Source: Thermodesulfobacteriota bacterium (GTDB taxonomy: Bacteria; Desulfobacterota; Binatia; Bin18). From it: a DNA stretch of 64,000 nucleotides. The notes beneath the pieces are model-generated. The model searched no databases, was not told the DNA's origin, and was given only the letters and a program-made list of their open reading frames with translations. The translations under genes were made by a program, and so were the position numbers. Location: assembly GCA_964291405.2 (NCBI GenBank), contig OZ219926.1, positions 3,840,001-3,904,000 on the forward strand. The letters run 5' to 3'. Below are positions 20,286-31,705 of the stretch, one piece after another (positions within the stretch are counted from its first letter, which is position 1; each line of letters starts with the position of its first letter).

Positions 20286-21497
20286 ATGACGACTTCTGCC
20301 TTTGGCTCCTCGCGTGCGCTGTCCGTTACCGACCTGGCAAGTCTGATCCAAGGTCAGCTTGAGGCTGACTTTAGTGATATCTGGGTTGTTGGCGAACTCT
20401 CCGGCCTGCGTACCCCTGCCTCCGGGCATATCTATTTTACCCTTAAGGATGACACCAGCCAGTTGCGTGGCGTGATGTTTCGCGGCTATGCCCGGTTGCT
20501 CCGATTTCGGCCCGAGGACGGTCTGGAGGTCCTGATCAAGGGCCGGGTCAGCCTGTATTCCGCTCGGGGCGATTTGCAGGTCTATGCGGCCAGTATGGAG
20601 CCGCGCGGGTTGGGTGGGCAGCAGTTGGCCTTGGAGCAGCTTAAGGCCAAACTCGCCGCCGAGGGACTCTTCGCCCCGGAACGCAAACGTCCCCTGCCGT
20701 TCTTCCCGCGTCGGGTCGGCGTCGTCACCGCACTCGGGGGGGCGGCTATTCAGGATATTCTGACCATTCTGCACGGACGCTGTCCGTATACACAGGTCAT
20801 CGTCCGACCCACCAAGGTACAAGGCGCCGGGGCCGGTGTTGAAATCGCCGCGGGTATCAACGACCTGAATGAACACGGGCAGGTCGAGGTGATTATCGTC
20901 GGGCGCGGTGGGGGCTCGCGTGAGGATTTATACGCCTTTAATGAAGAGGTGGTGGCCCGCGCAATCGCCGACTCTGAGCGGCCTGTTATCGCCGCAGTCG
21001 GCCATGAGATTGACCTGAGCATTGCCGACCTGGTGGCGGATTCCCGCGCCCCCACGCCGACTGCCGCGGCCGAGATGGTTGTGCCGGTATGGGCTGACCT
21101 GTCTGACCGGGTGGCAGGTACTGCGCGGGCGTTGGCCACAGCCATGCAGCGGGCAGTGACCGACAGGCGGCGTCAGGCCATGCGGCTGGAAGAGCGTATG
21201 CGTGACCCTCAGCACCAGGTTGACGCGCTACGCGAGCGAACGCGGACGGCGCTGTCCCGCCTCCACTCGGCGTTTGAGCGCAAGAACGAGGGTGTCCGCG
21301 CCCGGCTCGAAGACCTCGCCACAACCCTCAACAGCCTGAGTCCCCTTGCCGTTTTGGGTCGGGGGTATAGTCTCACGCGGACCATACCTGAGCATGCCGT
21401 GGTGCGGGACGCTGCCACGCTCCGTCCTGGAGAGCACGTGCGCTTGACTTTTGCTCAGGGAGAAGCGCGGGCTCGTATCGAAGAGGTAATACCATAG
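20286..21497 (+). CDS. xseA: Exodeoxyribonuclease VII large subunit
   Basis: SGHIYFTLKD, GRGGGS, AVGHEID, RAPTPTAAAE, LSPLAVLGRGY. Confidence 0.96.
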   Translation: MTTSAFGSSRALSVTDLASLIQGQLEADFSDIWVVGELSGLRTPASGHIYFTLKDDTSQLRGVMFRGYARLLRFRPEDGLEVLIKGRVSLYSARGDLQVYAASMEPRGLGGQQLALEQLKAKLAAEGLFAPERKRPLPFFPRRVGVVTALGGAAIQDILTILHGRCPYTQVIVRPTKVQGAGAGVEIAAGINDLNEHGQVEVIIVGRGGGSREDLYAFNEEVVARAIADSERPVIAAVGHEIDLSIADLVADSRAPTPTAAAEMVVPVWADLSDRVAGTARALATAMQRAVTDRRRQAMRLEERMRDPQHQVDALRERTRTALSRLHSAFERKNEGVRARLEDLATTLNSLSPLAVLGRGYSLTRTIPEHAVVRDAATLRPGEHVRLTFAQGEARARIEEVIP

Positions 21498-21746
21498 ATG
21501 GACATTGCCGCGGATAAAAAATTTGAAAACGCCTTGCAGGATTTGGAAGGCGTTGTTGAGAAACTTGATAGCGGGACCCTGTCGCTCGAAGAATCCCTCC
21601 AGGCGTTTGAAGAAGGGGTGGCGCTGGTCCGTTTTCTGGAAGAAAAACTGACTGAGGTGGAAAAACAGGTCGAAGTCTTAACGCGGGATAATAGCGGTCT
21701 CTTTCAGACCCAAAGCTTAGAAACCGACGAAGAAGAGGATGCGTGA
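21498..21746 (+). CDS. xseB: Exodeoxyribonuclease VII small subunit
   Basis: FENALQDLEGVVEKL, LSLEESLQAFEEG; directly follows xseA. Confidence 0.94.
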   Translation: MDIAADKKFENALQDLEGVVEKLDSGTLSLEESLQAFEEGVALVRFLEEKLTEVEKQVEVLTRDNSGLFQTQSLETDEEEDA

Positions 21747-22645
21747 AACTCGAACAGTATTTACAACGACGCTGCACGCTGATTGACCGGACGCTTAAGC
21801 AACTGCTGGCCGACCACGAGGCTCCGCCCAAGAACTTGGGTAAGGCCATGCACTACAGCCTGTTTTCCGGGGGGAAACGAATTCGGCCCATCCTGGCCCT
21901 TGCCAGCGGGGAGGCCGTCGGCGCTCGGCCGCAGTCCATCCTGCCCTTTGCCTGCGCGCTGGAAATGATCCACTCGTACTCATTGGTGCACGACGATCTG
22001 CCGGCCATGGACGATGATGATCTGCGCCGCGGGAAGCCCACCAATCATATCGTGTTTGGTGAAGCCATGGCCATTTTGGCCGGTGATGGGCTGCTGACCG
22101 AAGCCTTTCGGATCATGGCTCAGGCCGCGCTCAAACGCGGACAGGATCGCACCGCGGCCCTCCAGGCCATATGGGAGGTGGCGGCCGGAGCTGGTATGGC
22201 CGGCATGGTTGGTGGACAGGTGGCGGACATTGAAGCCGAACACCAAAAGCCGACCCGCAAACGGGTTGAGTATATTCATACCCGCAAGACCGGGGCCTTG
22301 CTGCGGGCATCGGTCCGCGTGGGCGCTCGGGTCGGTGGGGCGAGCCCGAAACAATATACCCGCCTCGACCGGTACGGGACCGCCGTTGGGCTGGCCTTTC
22401 AGGTGACGGACGATATTATGGACATTGAAGGCGGCACGGCAAAAACGGGCAAACGAGTTGGCCGCGACGCGGAACTCAACAAAGCCACTTATCCGGCCGC
22501 CCTGGGGATGAAAAAAACCAAGCGGTACGCGCGGGAACTGCTCGACGAGGCCCTCACCGCCCTCCAATCATTCAGCCCCAAAGCCGACCCGCTGCGTCAG
22601 ATCGCCCGTTTTGTGGTCGAGCGGGCCGTCCCGTCTGAAACGTGA
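21743..22645 (+). CDS. ispA: Farnesyl/geranylgeranyl diphosphate synthase
   Basis: GGKRIRP, HDDLPAMDDDDLRRG, KTGAL, FQVTDDIMD. Confidence 0.93.
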   Translation: MKLEQYLQRRCTLIDRTLKQLLADHEAPPKNLGKAMHYSLFSGGKRIRPILALASGEAVGARPQSILPFACALEMIHSYSLVHDDLPAMDDDDLRRGKPTNHIVFGEAMAILAGDGLLTEAFRIMAQAALKRGQDRTAALQAIWEVAAGAGMAGMVGGQVADIEAEHQKPTRKRVEYIHTRKTGALLRASVRVGARVGGASPKQYTRLDRYGTAVGLAFQVTDDIMDIEGGTAKTGKRVGRDAELNKATYPAALGMKKTKRYARELLDEALTALQSFSPKADPLRQIARFVVERAVPSET

Positions 22646-23382
22646 GCCGACGCAAGCGCCTTGATCTGCTGCTGGTTGAACGGGGTCTGGTTTCCAGCCG
22701 AGAACAGGCCCGGCGGCTGATCATGGCCGGCGCCGTGGTTGCCGGCGAGCAGCGGGCGGACAAACCCGGCACCTTGGTTGATCCGGCGACCGCGGTGCGG
22801 CTCAAGGCCGACGCCCAGTCGCCTTATGTCAGCCGAGGTGGCCACAAACTGGCGGGCGGGCTGAAGGCTTTTGGTCTGGACGTGACCGGAGTCACCGCCC
22901 TGGATGTCGGGGCTTCAACCGGCGGGTTTACGGACTGTCTTTTGCAGCGCGGCGCAGCCAAGGTCTTTGCCGTTGATGTCGGCTACGGACAACTGGCCTG
23001 GTCTCTCCGCCAGGACCCACGCGTCGTGAACCTGGAACGCCGGAATATCCGCAGCCTTGCTCCTGACGAATTGACCCCGACTCCGGGCTTGGCGGTGATT
23101 GACGCCTCGTTTATTTCGCTCACCCTGGTTATTCCGCACGTCATCAGTTTGATCGCCGATAAGGGAGAAACTGTCGCCCTGGTCAAGCCTCAGTTCGAGG
23201 TGGGGAAAGGGCGGGTGGGGAAGGGCGGTGTGGTCCGCGACCCGGCCCTCCACGCGGAGGTGCTGGCGGATTTGCAGGCGCGTGCGGACGGTTGGCAGCT
23301 TGAAGTCAAAGGGGAGACGGAATCGCCCCTGCGAGGACCAAAAGGCAATAAAGAATTTCTCCTGTATTTACGGAAGCGCTGA
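22642..23382 (+). CDS. tlyA: TlyA family rRNA methyltransferase
   Basis: S4 domain RLDLLLV, YVSRGGHKL, DVGASTGGFTD, KPQFE, GNKEFL. Confidence 0.94.
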   Translation: MSRRKRLDLLLVERGLVSSREQARRLIMAGAVVAGEQRADKPGTLVDPATAVRLKADAQSPYVSRGGHKLAGGLKAFGLDVTGVTALDVGASTGGFTDCLLQRGAAKVFAVDVGYGQLAWSLRQDPRVVNLERRNIRSLAPDELTPTPGLAVIDASFISLTLVIPHVISLIADKGETVALVKPQFEVGKGRVGKGGVVRDPALHAEVLADLQARADGWQLEVKGETESPLRGPKGNKEFLLYLRKR

Positions 23383-23389
23383 TTCTCCA

Positions 23390-23490
23390 TCCCCTCCTGG
23401 GAGGGGTGCCGAAGGCGGGGTGGGTTCTCTCCTGCCGGACGCGAGGTTACACCCACCCCGGCCCTTCGGGCCACCTCTCCGAGGAGGGGA
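23390..23490. repeat. Inverted pair of REP-like units (~100 bp composite hairpin)
   Basis: tcccctcctgggaggggtgccgaaggcggggtgggt ... acccaccccggcccttcgggccacctctccgaggagggga; the two units are near reverse complements, each with internal stems. Confidence 0.72.
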
Positions 23491-23548
23491 ATAAGGGAAT
23501 CGCCGGTGCCGAGAGGAGTCACAGGGCTAATTCGAGGAGGAAGTTCGT

Positions 23549-24205
23549 ATGTCACTCAGTCAAAAATTACACGCCGCTACACCGACCTGGCACAAGACGC
23601 TCACGCACCCCTTTGTAGTGGGTCTTGGAAACGGCAGCCTGCCCTTGGAAAAATTCCAGTTTTATATGTGTCAGGACTATATATTCCTGATTGAGTACAG
23701 CCGCGTCCTGGCCCTGGCGACGGCAAAAGCTCCCGACCTGGACACCATGGGGCATTTTGCCCAGCTCCTTGATGCGACCCTCAATCAGGAGATGGCGCTC
23801 CACCGTGCGTTTGCCGCGGAGTGTGGCATCAGCGCGGAGACCCTGGCCGCAACCCAGGCCGCGCCAACCACGCAGGCATATACGAATCATTTAGTACGGG
23901 TGGCGGCGCTCGGAGACTTGGCCGCCATAGTCAGCGCGGTTCTACCCTGCCAGTGGGGTTATAGTGAAATCGGCCAGGCTTTGGCACGACAGGGCAAGCC
24001 GAGCGCTCCGGCCTTTTACGGCAAATGGATTGATATGTACGCCGACCCGGAGTTTGCCGCACTCTCGACCTGGCTCCGGGATGTGCTCGACCGCCTGGCA
24101 CCAACCGCGGACGAAAAACAGCTCGCCCAGATTTTTCAAACCAGCGCCCGCTACGAATATCTCTTCTGGGAAATGGCTTATCAAACGCAGGACTGGCCGG
24201 TATAA
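23549..24205 (+). CDS. tenA: Thiaminase II
   Basis: HPFV, FYMCQDYIFL, LPCQWGY (catalytic Cys), WIDMY, YEYLFWEMAY. Confidence 0.93.
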   Translation: MSLSQKLHAATPTWHKTLTHPFVVGLGNGSLPLEKFQFYMCQDYIFLIEYSRVLALATAKAPDLDTMGHFAQLLDATLNQEMALHRAFAAECGISAETLAATQAAPTTQAYTNHLVRVAALGDLAAIVSAVLPCQWGYSEIGQALARQGKPSAPAFYGKWIDMYADPEFAALSTWLRDVLDRLAPTADEKQLAQIFQTSARYEYLFWEMAYQTQDWPV

Positions 24206-24234
24206 GCGGAGAAACTGCCGGACGGGGTGATCCC

Positions 24235-24263
24235 TTGACAGTCAAGAGGAACAGGGGTACACA
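24235..24263 (+). promoter_or_regulatory. Putative sigma70 promoter of the pyr operon
   Basis: TTGACA-N17-TACACA immediately upstream of the PyrR-binding leader. Confidence 0.55.
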
Positions 24264-24270
24264 AAAGACA

Positions 24271-24302
24271 CCTTTAATTTAGCCCCGAGAGGCTAGGAAG
24301 GG
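24271..24302 (+). promoter_or_regulatory. PyrR-binding RNA loop (anti-antiterminator)
   Basis: CCTTTAATTTAGCCCCGAGAGGCTAGGAAGG matches the CUUUAA...AGUCCnGnGAGGCU...AAGG PyrR site consensus; lies upstream of pyrR. Confidence 0.85.
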
Positions 24303-24350
24303 CGGCCATGAAAATTTTCATCTTCCTCACTGCATTGACGAAAGTAGAAT

Positions 24351-24384
24351 AAGCCTCCTTGGACTTCCAAGGGGGCTTTTTTTT
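24351..24384 (+). terminator. Attenuator terminator of the pyrR leader
   Basis: aagcctccttgga-ct-tccaagggggctt stem followed by a T run, ending 5 bp before the pyrR ATG. Confidence 0.85.
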
Positions 24385-24386
24385 GA

Positions 24387-24926
<540 letters not shown>

Positions 24927-24935
24927 GAGGTCGCC

Positions 24936-25967
24936 ATGACGTTCAGCCAGCGCCATTTCCTTGGTATCGAAGGCTTATCTCGGGACGAATTATTATTTGT
25001 GCTCAACACGGCCGAATCCTTTCGAGAGATTTCTGAGCGGGAAGTGAAAAAAGTCCCGACGCTACGGGGGAAAACCATTATCAACTTGTTCTACGAATCC
25101 AGTACCCGGACGCGCTCTTCCTTTGAGATTGCGGCCAAACGCCTGTCCGCCGATGCGATCAATATCTCCGCCTCCACGAGCAGCGTGAACAAAGGCGAAA
25201 CCCTGATGGATACGGCCCGCAACCTGTGCGCCATGCGTCCGGCGGCCCTGGTCCTGCGTCATCCAGCGTCCGGTGCGCCCCACCTGCTGGCCCGGTTGAA
25301 TCAATGTCCGGTGATCAACGCCGGTGACGGCACCCATGAGCACCCGACCCAGGCCCTCCTGGACGTCATGACCATTCGTGAACATCTCGGCGACGTTGAG
25401 GGGAAAACCATTGCCATTGTGGGCGACATTCTCCATAGCCGGGTGGCGCGGTCCAATATTCTGGCCCTGACAACCCTGGGTGCCCAGGTCCGGCTGATCG
25501 GCCCGCCGACCCTGCTGCCACCGGAATTCAGCCGTTGGGGTGTGGAACGGCATACGGATTTGCGGACCGGCCTGGCCGGTGTTGACGCGATTATGATGCT
25601 GCGCTTGCAGCGCGAGCGACAAACGCGGAATTTCTTTCCCAGCCTGGACGAATACGCCCGCCGTTTCTGCTTGACCGTCGACGCGCTCAGAGCAGCCAAG
25701 CCGAACGTGATTATTTTGCACCCCGGTCCGATGAACCGCGGTGTTGAGATTGACTCGCGGGTTGCAGACGGCCCGTACTCGGTGATTCTCGAACAAGTGA
25801 CAAACGGCGTTGCGGTTCGCATGGCCGTTCTCTACCTGCTCACGACGCAGGAGCGGTTGGCGACCCAGGATCAGGCTGCGACCAATGGGCAGGAGAGGAC
25901 CGACGTGCAGGCAGAACCCGGTGAGTGGGATGAGCACACTGTACCCAAACGGGCGGTAGGACAATAA
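24936..25967 (+). CDS. pyrB: Aspartate carbamoyltransferase catalytic subunit
   Basis: [35 protein letters not shown]. Confidence 0.96.
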   Translation: MTFSQRHFLGIEGLSRDELLFVLNTAESFREISEREVKKVPTLRGKTIINLFYESSTRTRSSFEIAAKRLSADAINISASTSSVNKGETLMDTARNLCAMRPAALVLRHPASGAPHLLARLNQCPVINAGDGTHEHPTQALLDVMTIREHLGDVEGKTIAIVGDILHSRVARSNILALTTLGAQVRLIGPPTLLPPEFSRWGVERHTDLRTGLAGVDAIMMLRLQRERQTRNFFPSLDEYARRFCLTVDALRAAKPNVIILHPGPMNRGVEIDSRVADGPYSVILEQVTNGVAVRMAVLYLLTTQERLATQDQAATNGQERTDVQAEPGEWDEHTVPKRAVGQ

Positions 25968-25970
25968 ACT

Positions 25971-27272
25971 ATGCGCATAGTCGTGCAGGACGGAACGGTC
26001 ATTGATCCGGCCAATGGGCTGGAGGCGAACCTCGATCTCCTCATCGAAGAGGGTGTGATTCGTGAGCTGGGCCAGCCCGGCGGCTTTGCCTCGGTCGAGG
26101 CGCAGCGTATTGACGCCTCCGGTTGCGTTGTCGCTCCCGGATTGATTGATATGCACGTGCATCTGCGCGAGCCGGGCTATGAGTACAAAGAGACGGTTCT
26201 GACCGGTACCCAGGCCGCGGTGGCTGGCGGATTCACCGCAGTGGCCTGTATGGCTAATACCAATCCGGTCAATGATAATGGGGCGGTCACGCGCTTTATT
26301 GCGGAGCAGGCGCGCAGTGCCGGGCTGGCTCGGGTGTTCCCGATTGGGGCGCTTTCAAAGGGCCTCAACGGAGAAGAGTTGGCCGAAATCGGAGAGATGG
26401 TTGAGGCCGGTGCTGTCGCCATATCAGATGACGGCCGCCCGGTTATGGACGCCAACCTGATGCGCCGCGCGCTGGAATACTGCTCGATGTTTGACGTGCC
26501 GATCAGTGTGCATGAAGAAGACCTATGCCTCTCGTCCGGGGGCAGTATGAATGAGGGGCCGACCTCGGTGCGCCTGGGTATTCGCGGCGTCCCGAGTGTC
26601 GCCGAAGATGTCATGGTCGCCCGTGATATTGCCCTGGCGCGCCTCACCCGCGGGCGGGTACATATCGCTCATATCAGTACCCGCCGATCGGTGGACTTGG
26701 TCCGCCAGGCAAAGGCCGAAGGTTTGGCGGTCACGGCCGAGGTCGCCCCGCACCATTTTACGCTCACCGAAGAGGCGGTTGAGGGGTATAATACCAACGC
26801 GAAAATGAGCCCGCCGCTCCGACTGGCCGACGATGTGGCGGCCATGAAGGAAGGCTTGCGAGACGGGACCATTGACGCCATTGCGACCGACCATGCCCCC
26901 CACCACCGAGACGAGAAAGAGGTCGAATTCGACCAGGCCGCTCACGGCGTGACCGGCTTGGAGACGGCCCTGCCGTTGACGCTGCACTTAGTTCAAGACG
27001 AGGTGTTGTCCCTCTCCGAGGCAGTGCAGAAACTGACGGTGAACCCGGCTCGTATTCTGGGGCTTCCCTATGGCACGCTTTCGGTGGGCAGATCGGCGGA
27101 CCTGATGATCTTTGACGTGCAAGCGAGCTGGCGGCTGGACCCGCTCGCCTCTCGGTCGCGCAGTCAGAACACGCCTTTTGCCGGTTGGGAGCTGACCGGT
27201 AAGGTGCGGCTGACCGTGGTCGATGGTCGGATCGTGTACGGTGGCCGTGAACAGGAGGGCCAGCCGACGTGA
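25971..27272 (+). CDS. pyrC: Dihydroorotase
   Basis: [27 protein letters not shown]. Confidence 0.95.
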   Translation: MRIVVQDGTVIDPANGLEANLDLLIEEGVIRELGQPGGFASVEAQRIDASGCVVAPGLIDMHVHLREPGYEYKETVLTGTQAAVAGGFTAVACMANTNPVNDNGAVTRFIAEQARSAGLARVFPIGALSKGLNGEELAEIGEMVEAGAVAISDDGRPVMDANLMRRALEYCSMFDVPISVHEEDLCLSSGGSMNEGPTSVRLGIRGVPSVAEDVMVARDIALARLTRGRVHIAHISTRRSVDLVRQAKAEGLAVTAEVAPHHFTLTEEAVEGYNTNAKMSPPLRLADDVAAMKEGLRDGTIDAIATDHAPHHRDEKEVEFDQAAHGVTGLETALPLTLHLVQDEVLSLSEAVQKLTVNPARILGLPYGTLSVGRSADLMIFDVQASWRLDPLASRSRSQNTPFAGWELTGKVRLTVVDGRIVYGGREQEGQPT

Positions 27273-28408
27273 GGAACACAGCGCTCTTAGCCCTCGCCGA
27301 TGGGACGGTTTTTGAGGGAAGCACTTTTGGCGCTCAGGGAGAAGCGGTCGGCGAGATCGTCTTCAACACCTCGCTGACCGGCTATCAGGAGATTCTTACC
27401 GATCCCTCCTATAAGGGCCAGATCGTCACCATGACCTATCCCGAGATCGGTAATGTCGGGGTCAATGCCGAAGATGTCGAATCCCGCCAACCCTTTGTTG
27501 AAGGCTTTGTGGTCAAGGAATACTGGGAGCGGCCCAGTAACTGGCGGGCGCAGAAGAGCCTGGCTGCCTATATGCGCGAGCATGACATCGTGGGTATTCA
27601 GGGCATTGATACCAGGGCGCTCGTCCGTCACATTCGTGATGGCGGTGCCCAACAGGGCGTGATCTCGACCCGTGACCTTGATGCCAAGCGTTTGGTGGAA
27701 AAAGCGCAGGCCGCTCCAAGCTTGGTCGGACGTGATCTGGTCAAAGAGGTTACCTGTCGCGAGGCGTATGACTGGTCCCAGGGCTACTGGGAGTTGGAGA
27801 GCGGTTATCGCCAGCAGGGGGCAGGCCGTGCGCCCGAGCCGCGCTTCTCTGTGGTCGCCTACGATTTTGGCGTAAAGTTCAATATCCTGCGCCACCTGGT
27901 TGAGGCGGGCTGTCGGGTGCAGGTTGTGCCGGCCCACACGCCTGCGGCAGAAGTCCTGCACCTCAAGCCGGATGGCGTTTTTTTGTCGAACGGTCCGGGC
28001 GACCCGGATGCGGTGCCCTACGCCAAGGACAATATCTCCGCCCTGGTGGGAAAAGTCCCCTTGTTTGGCATCTGTCTGGGACACCAGATTCTGGGTCTGG
28101 CACTGGGTGGACAGACCTATAAGCTTAAATTCGGCCATCACGGAGGCAACCAACCGGTGATGGACCTCGCAACCCGGAAGGTTGAAATTACGGCGCAGAA
28201 TCATGGTTTCTGTGTCGATGTCGATTCGTTGCAAGAGCGGGCGGAAGTCACCCATCTCAACCTGAACGACCGGACGGTAGAGGGCTTGCGACATACGCAG
28301 GAGCCGCTCTTTTCCGTGCAATACCATCCCGAGTCCTCTCCGGGGCCCCATGATGCAGACTATTTGTTCCGGCGCTTCACTGCGCTGATGGAGCAGTTTC
28401 GAGGTTGA
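27269..28408 (+). CDS. carA: Carbamoyl-phosphate synthase small subunit
   Basis: [37 protein letters not shown]. Confidence 0.97.
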   Translation: MRNTALLALADGTVFEGSTFGAQGEAVGEIVFNTSLTGYQEILTDPSYKGQIVTMTYPEIGNVGVNAEDVESRQPFVEGFVVKEYWERPSNWRAQKSLAAYMREHDIVGIQGIDTRALVRHIRDGGAQQGVISTRDLDAKRLVEKAQAAPSLVGRDLVKEVTCREAYDWSQGYWELESGYRQQGAGRAPEPRFSVVAYDFGVKFNILRHLVEAGCRVQVVPAHTPAAEVLHLKPDGVFLSNGPGDPDAVPYAKDNISALVGKVPLFGICLGHQILGLALGGQTYKLKFGHHGGNQPVMDLATRKVEITAQNHGFCVDVDSLQERAEVTHLNLNDRTVEGLRHTQEPLFSVQYHPESSPGPHDADYLFRRFTALMEQFRG

Positions 28409-28431
28409 TTCCTGAGCAGCAGAGACAAGCC

Positions 28432-31400
28432 ATGCCCAAGCGTACAGACCTCCATTCCATTTTGCTGATCGGCTCCGGCCCCATTGTGATCGGCCAGGCG
28501 TGTGAATTTGATTACTCGGGCACCCAAGCCTGCAAGGCGCTCAAAGAGGAGGGTTACCGCGTCATACTGGTCAACTCGAATCCGGCCACGATTATGACCG
28601 ACCCTGATTTTGCGGACCGGACCTATATTGAGCCGCTGACCCGACCCGTCCTTGAGAAAATTATCGAACGGGAACGCCCGGACGCCCTGCTGCCGACCAT
28701 TGGCGGTCAGACCGGTTTGAATCTGGCTATTGACCTGGCCGAAGGGGGCATCCTCGACCGCTACGGAGTGGAACTCATCGGAGCCAAGCTGCCGGCCATC
28801 AAGAAAGCCGAGGATCGTGATCTGTTCAAGGCGGCCATGGAGCGCATCGGCCTGGACCTGCCCCGGAGCGGCTATATCCACTCTCTTGAGGAAGCCTATG
28901 CCTTACGCGAGACCCTGGGCCTGCCGTTGATCATCCGACCGTCCCGCACCCTTGGGGGGGCCGGAGGCGGGATCGTCCAAACCCCGCAGGAATTTCAGGC
29001 TATTGTCGAGTGGGGCTTGCAGGCCTCTCCTACACATGAAGTCCTGGTTGAAGAGTCGATCGCCGGCTGGAAAGAGTTTGAATTGGAAGTGATGCGTGAC
29101 ACCCAGGACAATGTGGTCATCATCTGCTCCATCGAAAATTTCGATCCGCTCGGTGTTCATACCGGTGATTCCATTACGGTCGCGCCCGCCCAGACCCTGA
29201 CCGACAAAGAATACCAACTCATGCGGGACGCGGCGCTGCGTATCATCCGCGAAATCGGGGTGGACACGGGCGGGTCCAATATCCAGTTCGCCGTCCATCC
29301 GGAGACCGGCCGGCTGGTCGTGATTGAAATGAACCCGCGGGTGTCCCGCTCGTCTGCTCTGGCGAGTAAAGCTACCGGGTTTCCGATTGCCAAAATTGCC
29401 GCCAAGCTGGCCGTAGGCTACACCCTGGACGAAATTCCGAACGATATTACGCGCGAAACACCGGCCTCTTTTGAACCCACGATCGACTATGTGGTGGTCA
29501 AGATGCCGCGTTTCACCTTTGATAAATTCCCCCAAACCCGGGATTTGCTTGGGCCACAGATGAAATCGGTCGGCGAGGCCATGTCCATAGGTCGGACGTT
29601 CAAGGAGGCGCTTCAGAAAGCCCTGCGTTCGCTCGAAATCGATAGCTACGGGTTTGAATCGACAAACGGAAGCGTGGAGACTCCGCTGGATGCCATTCGC
29701 GTGTCCCTGCAAACCCCGAACGCCCAGCGGCTGTGGTATGTGGCGGAAGCGCTCCGCCTGGGCGTGGGTGTGGATGAGCTCTATCGGCTTTCAAAAATCG
29801 ACCCGTGGTTTCTGGATAATATCGTGCAGATCGTAGAGTGCGAAAAGGAAATCCAGCAGGCGAGAGGGTCAGGGGAGGCCACCGGGTCGGCTGCCCAACC
29901 GGCCGAGGTCGTAGCGGCATTACCGCCCGGCCTGTTACGTCGGGCGAAACAGATGGGCTTTTCTGACGTTCATCTCGGCCGTCTGCTCGGCGTCAGCGAG
30001 GGTGATGTCCGGGCTGAACGCGAACGCCTGGATGTGATTCCGGTCTATAAAACAGTGGACACCTGCGCGGCTGAATTTGTGGCCCATACGCCCTATTTAT
30101 ACTCCACCTACGAAGGGGAAGACGAATCTCAGCCGACTGATCGCAAAAAGGTGATCATTCTGGGTGGTGGGCCGAATCGGATCGGCCAGGGCATTGAGTT
30201 CGACTATTGCTGCGTACACGCGGCCTTTGCGCTCAAAGAAGACGGCTTTGAAGCCATTATGGTGAACTGCAACCCCGAGACCGTCAGCACGGATTATGAC
30301 ACGTCTGACAAGCTGTATTTTGAGCCGCTGACGCTGGAAGATGTGCTGAGTATCGTGCGGTGTGAACAGCCGTATGGCGTCATTGTCCAGTTCGGCGGGC
30401 AGACGCCACTCAAGCTGGCCGTGCCGCTCGAACAGGCCGGGGTGCCGATTCTGGGCACGCCGCCGGATGCTATTGACCGGGCCGAGGACCGCGAACGGTT
30501 CAAGCTGCTGCTCGAACAACTCGGCCTGTGTCAGCCGGCCAACGGCACAGCCCGGTCGGTTGAGGAAGCCGTGGCCATTGCCCAGGACATTGCCTATCCG
30601 GTGCTGGTCCGTCCCTCCTATGTCCTGGGCGGGCGGGCCATGGAACTGGTGTATGACGAGGCGAGCCTGCGACGCTACATGCGTGAGGCCGTGTCCGTGT
30701 CCGCGGAGCGCCCGGTCCTGATCGATAAATTCCTGGACGACGCCACCGAGGTTGATGTGGACGCCCTGAGCGACGGCCAGCAGGTCGTGGTCGGGGGCAT
30801 TATGGAACATATCGAGCTTGCCGGTGTCCATTCCGGTGACAGCGCGTGTTCCCTCCCGCCGCGCACCCTGTCTGCGGCTGTTCAGGCCGAGATTCGGCGG
30901 CAAACCACCCTGCTGGCCCAAGAGCTAGGTGTGGTTGGCCTGATGAATATCCAGTTCGCCGTTAAGGATCAGCAGGTTTTTCTGATTGAGGTGAACCCGC
31001 GCGCCTCACGGACCGTGCCGTTTGTGAGCAAGTCCATCGGTATTCCCCTGGCAAAAATAGCCGCGCGCGTCATGGCGGGAAAAACATTGGACGAGCTGGG
31101 TTTTACCCAGGAAGTCATTCCCGATCACGTCAATGTCAAAGAAGCGGTGTTTCCGTTTATTAAATTCCCCGGTGTGGACACCATCCTCGGACCGGAGATG
31201 AAGTCAACCGGCGAGGTTATGGGGGTGGACCAGTCTTTTGCCATGGCGTTTGCCAAAGCGCAGTTTGCCGCGGGGAATATCTTGCCGGAAACGGGCAAGG
31301 CATTTTTAAGCGTACGTGACCGCGATAAGCCCGCTCTCCTGCCCATTGCCAGGCAGTTGGTAGAGAATGACTTCTCTCTAGTGGCAACGCGCGGCACCTG

Positions 31401-31698
31401 TGCATTTCTCCAGCAGCACGAACTGCCGGTTGAGATGGTGAATAAAGTCCTGGAAGGCTCCCCGCATATTGTCGATGCCCTCCAGGCAGGCTCGATTGAT
31501 CTGGTCATTAATACGACTGAGGGGGCACAGTCTATCCAGGACTCCTTTTCAATTCGGCGGAGTGCCCTGGAGTGCCAGGTGCCGTATTTTACAACGGTGG
31601 CCGGAGCGGGAGCCGCGGTCGAAGGCATTGCCCGCCTCAAGCAGGGCCTGCTCGGCGTGTGTCCGCTCCAGGCCTATCACGGTGAAGAGCACGGGTAA
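28432..31698 (+). CDS. carB: Carbamoyl-phosphate synthase large subunit
   Basis: MPKRTD start, [20 protein letters not shown], duplicated ATP-grasp domains, MGS domain. Confidence 0.97.
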   Translation: MPKRTDLHSILLIGSGPIVIGQACEFDYSGTQACKALKEEGYRVILVNSNPATIMTDPDFADRTYIEPLTRPVLEKIIERERPDALLPTIGGQTGLNLAIDLAEGGILDRYGVELIGAKLPAIKKAEDRDLFKAAMERIGLDLPRSGYIHSLEEAYALRETLGLPLIIRPSRTLGGAGGGIVQTPQEFQAIVEWGLQASPTHEVLVEESIAGWKEFELEVMRDTQDNVVIICSIENFDPLGVHTGDSITVAPAQTLTDKEYQLMRDAALRIIREIGVDTGGSNIQFAVHPETGRLVVIEMNPRVSRSSALASKATGFPIAKIAAKLAVGYTLDEIPNDITRETPASFEPTIDYVVVKMPRFTFDKFPQTRDLLGPQMKSVGEAMSIGRTFKEALQKALRSLEIDSYGFESTNGSVETPLDAIRVSLQTPNAQRLWYVAEALRLGVGVDELYRLSKIDPWFLDNIVQIVECEKEIQQARGSGEATGSAAQPAEVVAALPPGLLRRAKQMGFSDVHLGRLLGVSEGDVRAERERLDVIPVYKTVDTCAAEFVAHTPYLYSTYEGEDESQPTDRKKVIILGGGPNRIGQGIEFDYCCVHAAFALKEDGFEAIMVNCNPETVSTDYDTSDKLYFEPLTLEDVLSIVRCEQPYGVIVQFGGQTPLKLAVPLEQAGVPILGTPPDAIDRAEDRERFKLLLEQLGLCQPANGTARSVEEAVAIAQDIAYPVLVRPSYVLGGRAMELVYDEASLRRYMREAVSVSAERPVLIDKFLDDATEVDVDALSDGQQVVVGGIMEHIELAGVHSGDSACSLPPRTLSAAVQAEIRRQTTLLAQELGVVGLMNIQFAVKDQQVFLIEVNPRASRTVPFVSKSIGIPLAKIAARVMAGKTLDELGFTQEVIPDHVNVKEAVFPFIKFPGVDTILGPEMKSTGEVMGVDQSFAMAFAKAQFAAGNILPETGKAFLSVRDRDKPALLPIARQLVENDFSLVATRGTCAFLQQHELPVEMVNKVLEGSPHIVDALQAGSIDLVINTTEGAQSIQDSFSIRRSALECQVPYFTTVAGAGAAVEGIARLKQGLLGVCPLQAYHGEEHG

Positions 31699-31705
31699 GA
31701 GGGGT

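Noticed and set aside
23491-23548. TPP riboswitch expected upstream of tenA (also checked before thiE)
   Set aside because: No GCUGAGA or CUGAU...UAAU...GCGnAGGGA core; the region is short and preceded by a REP-like element.
25062-30921. Long antisense ORFs within pyrB, carA and carB
   Set aside because: Expected artefact of GC-rich codon bias opposite conserved genes.
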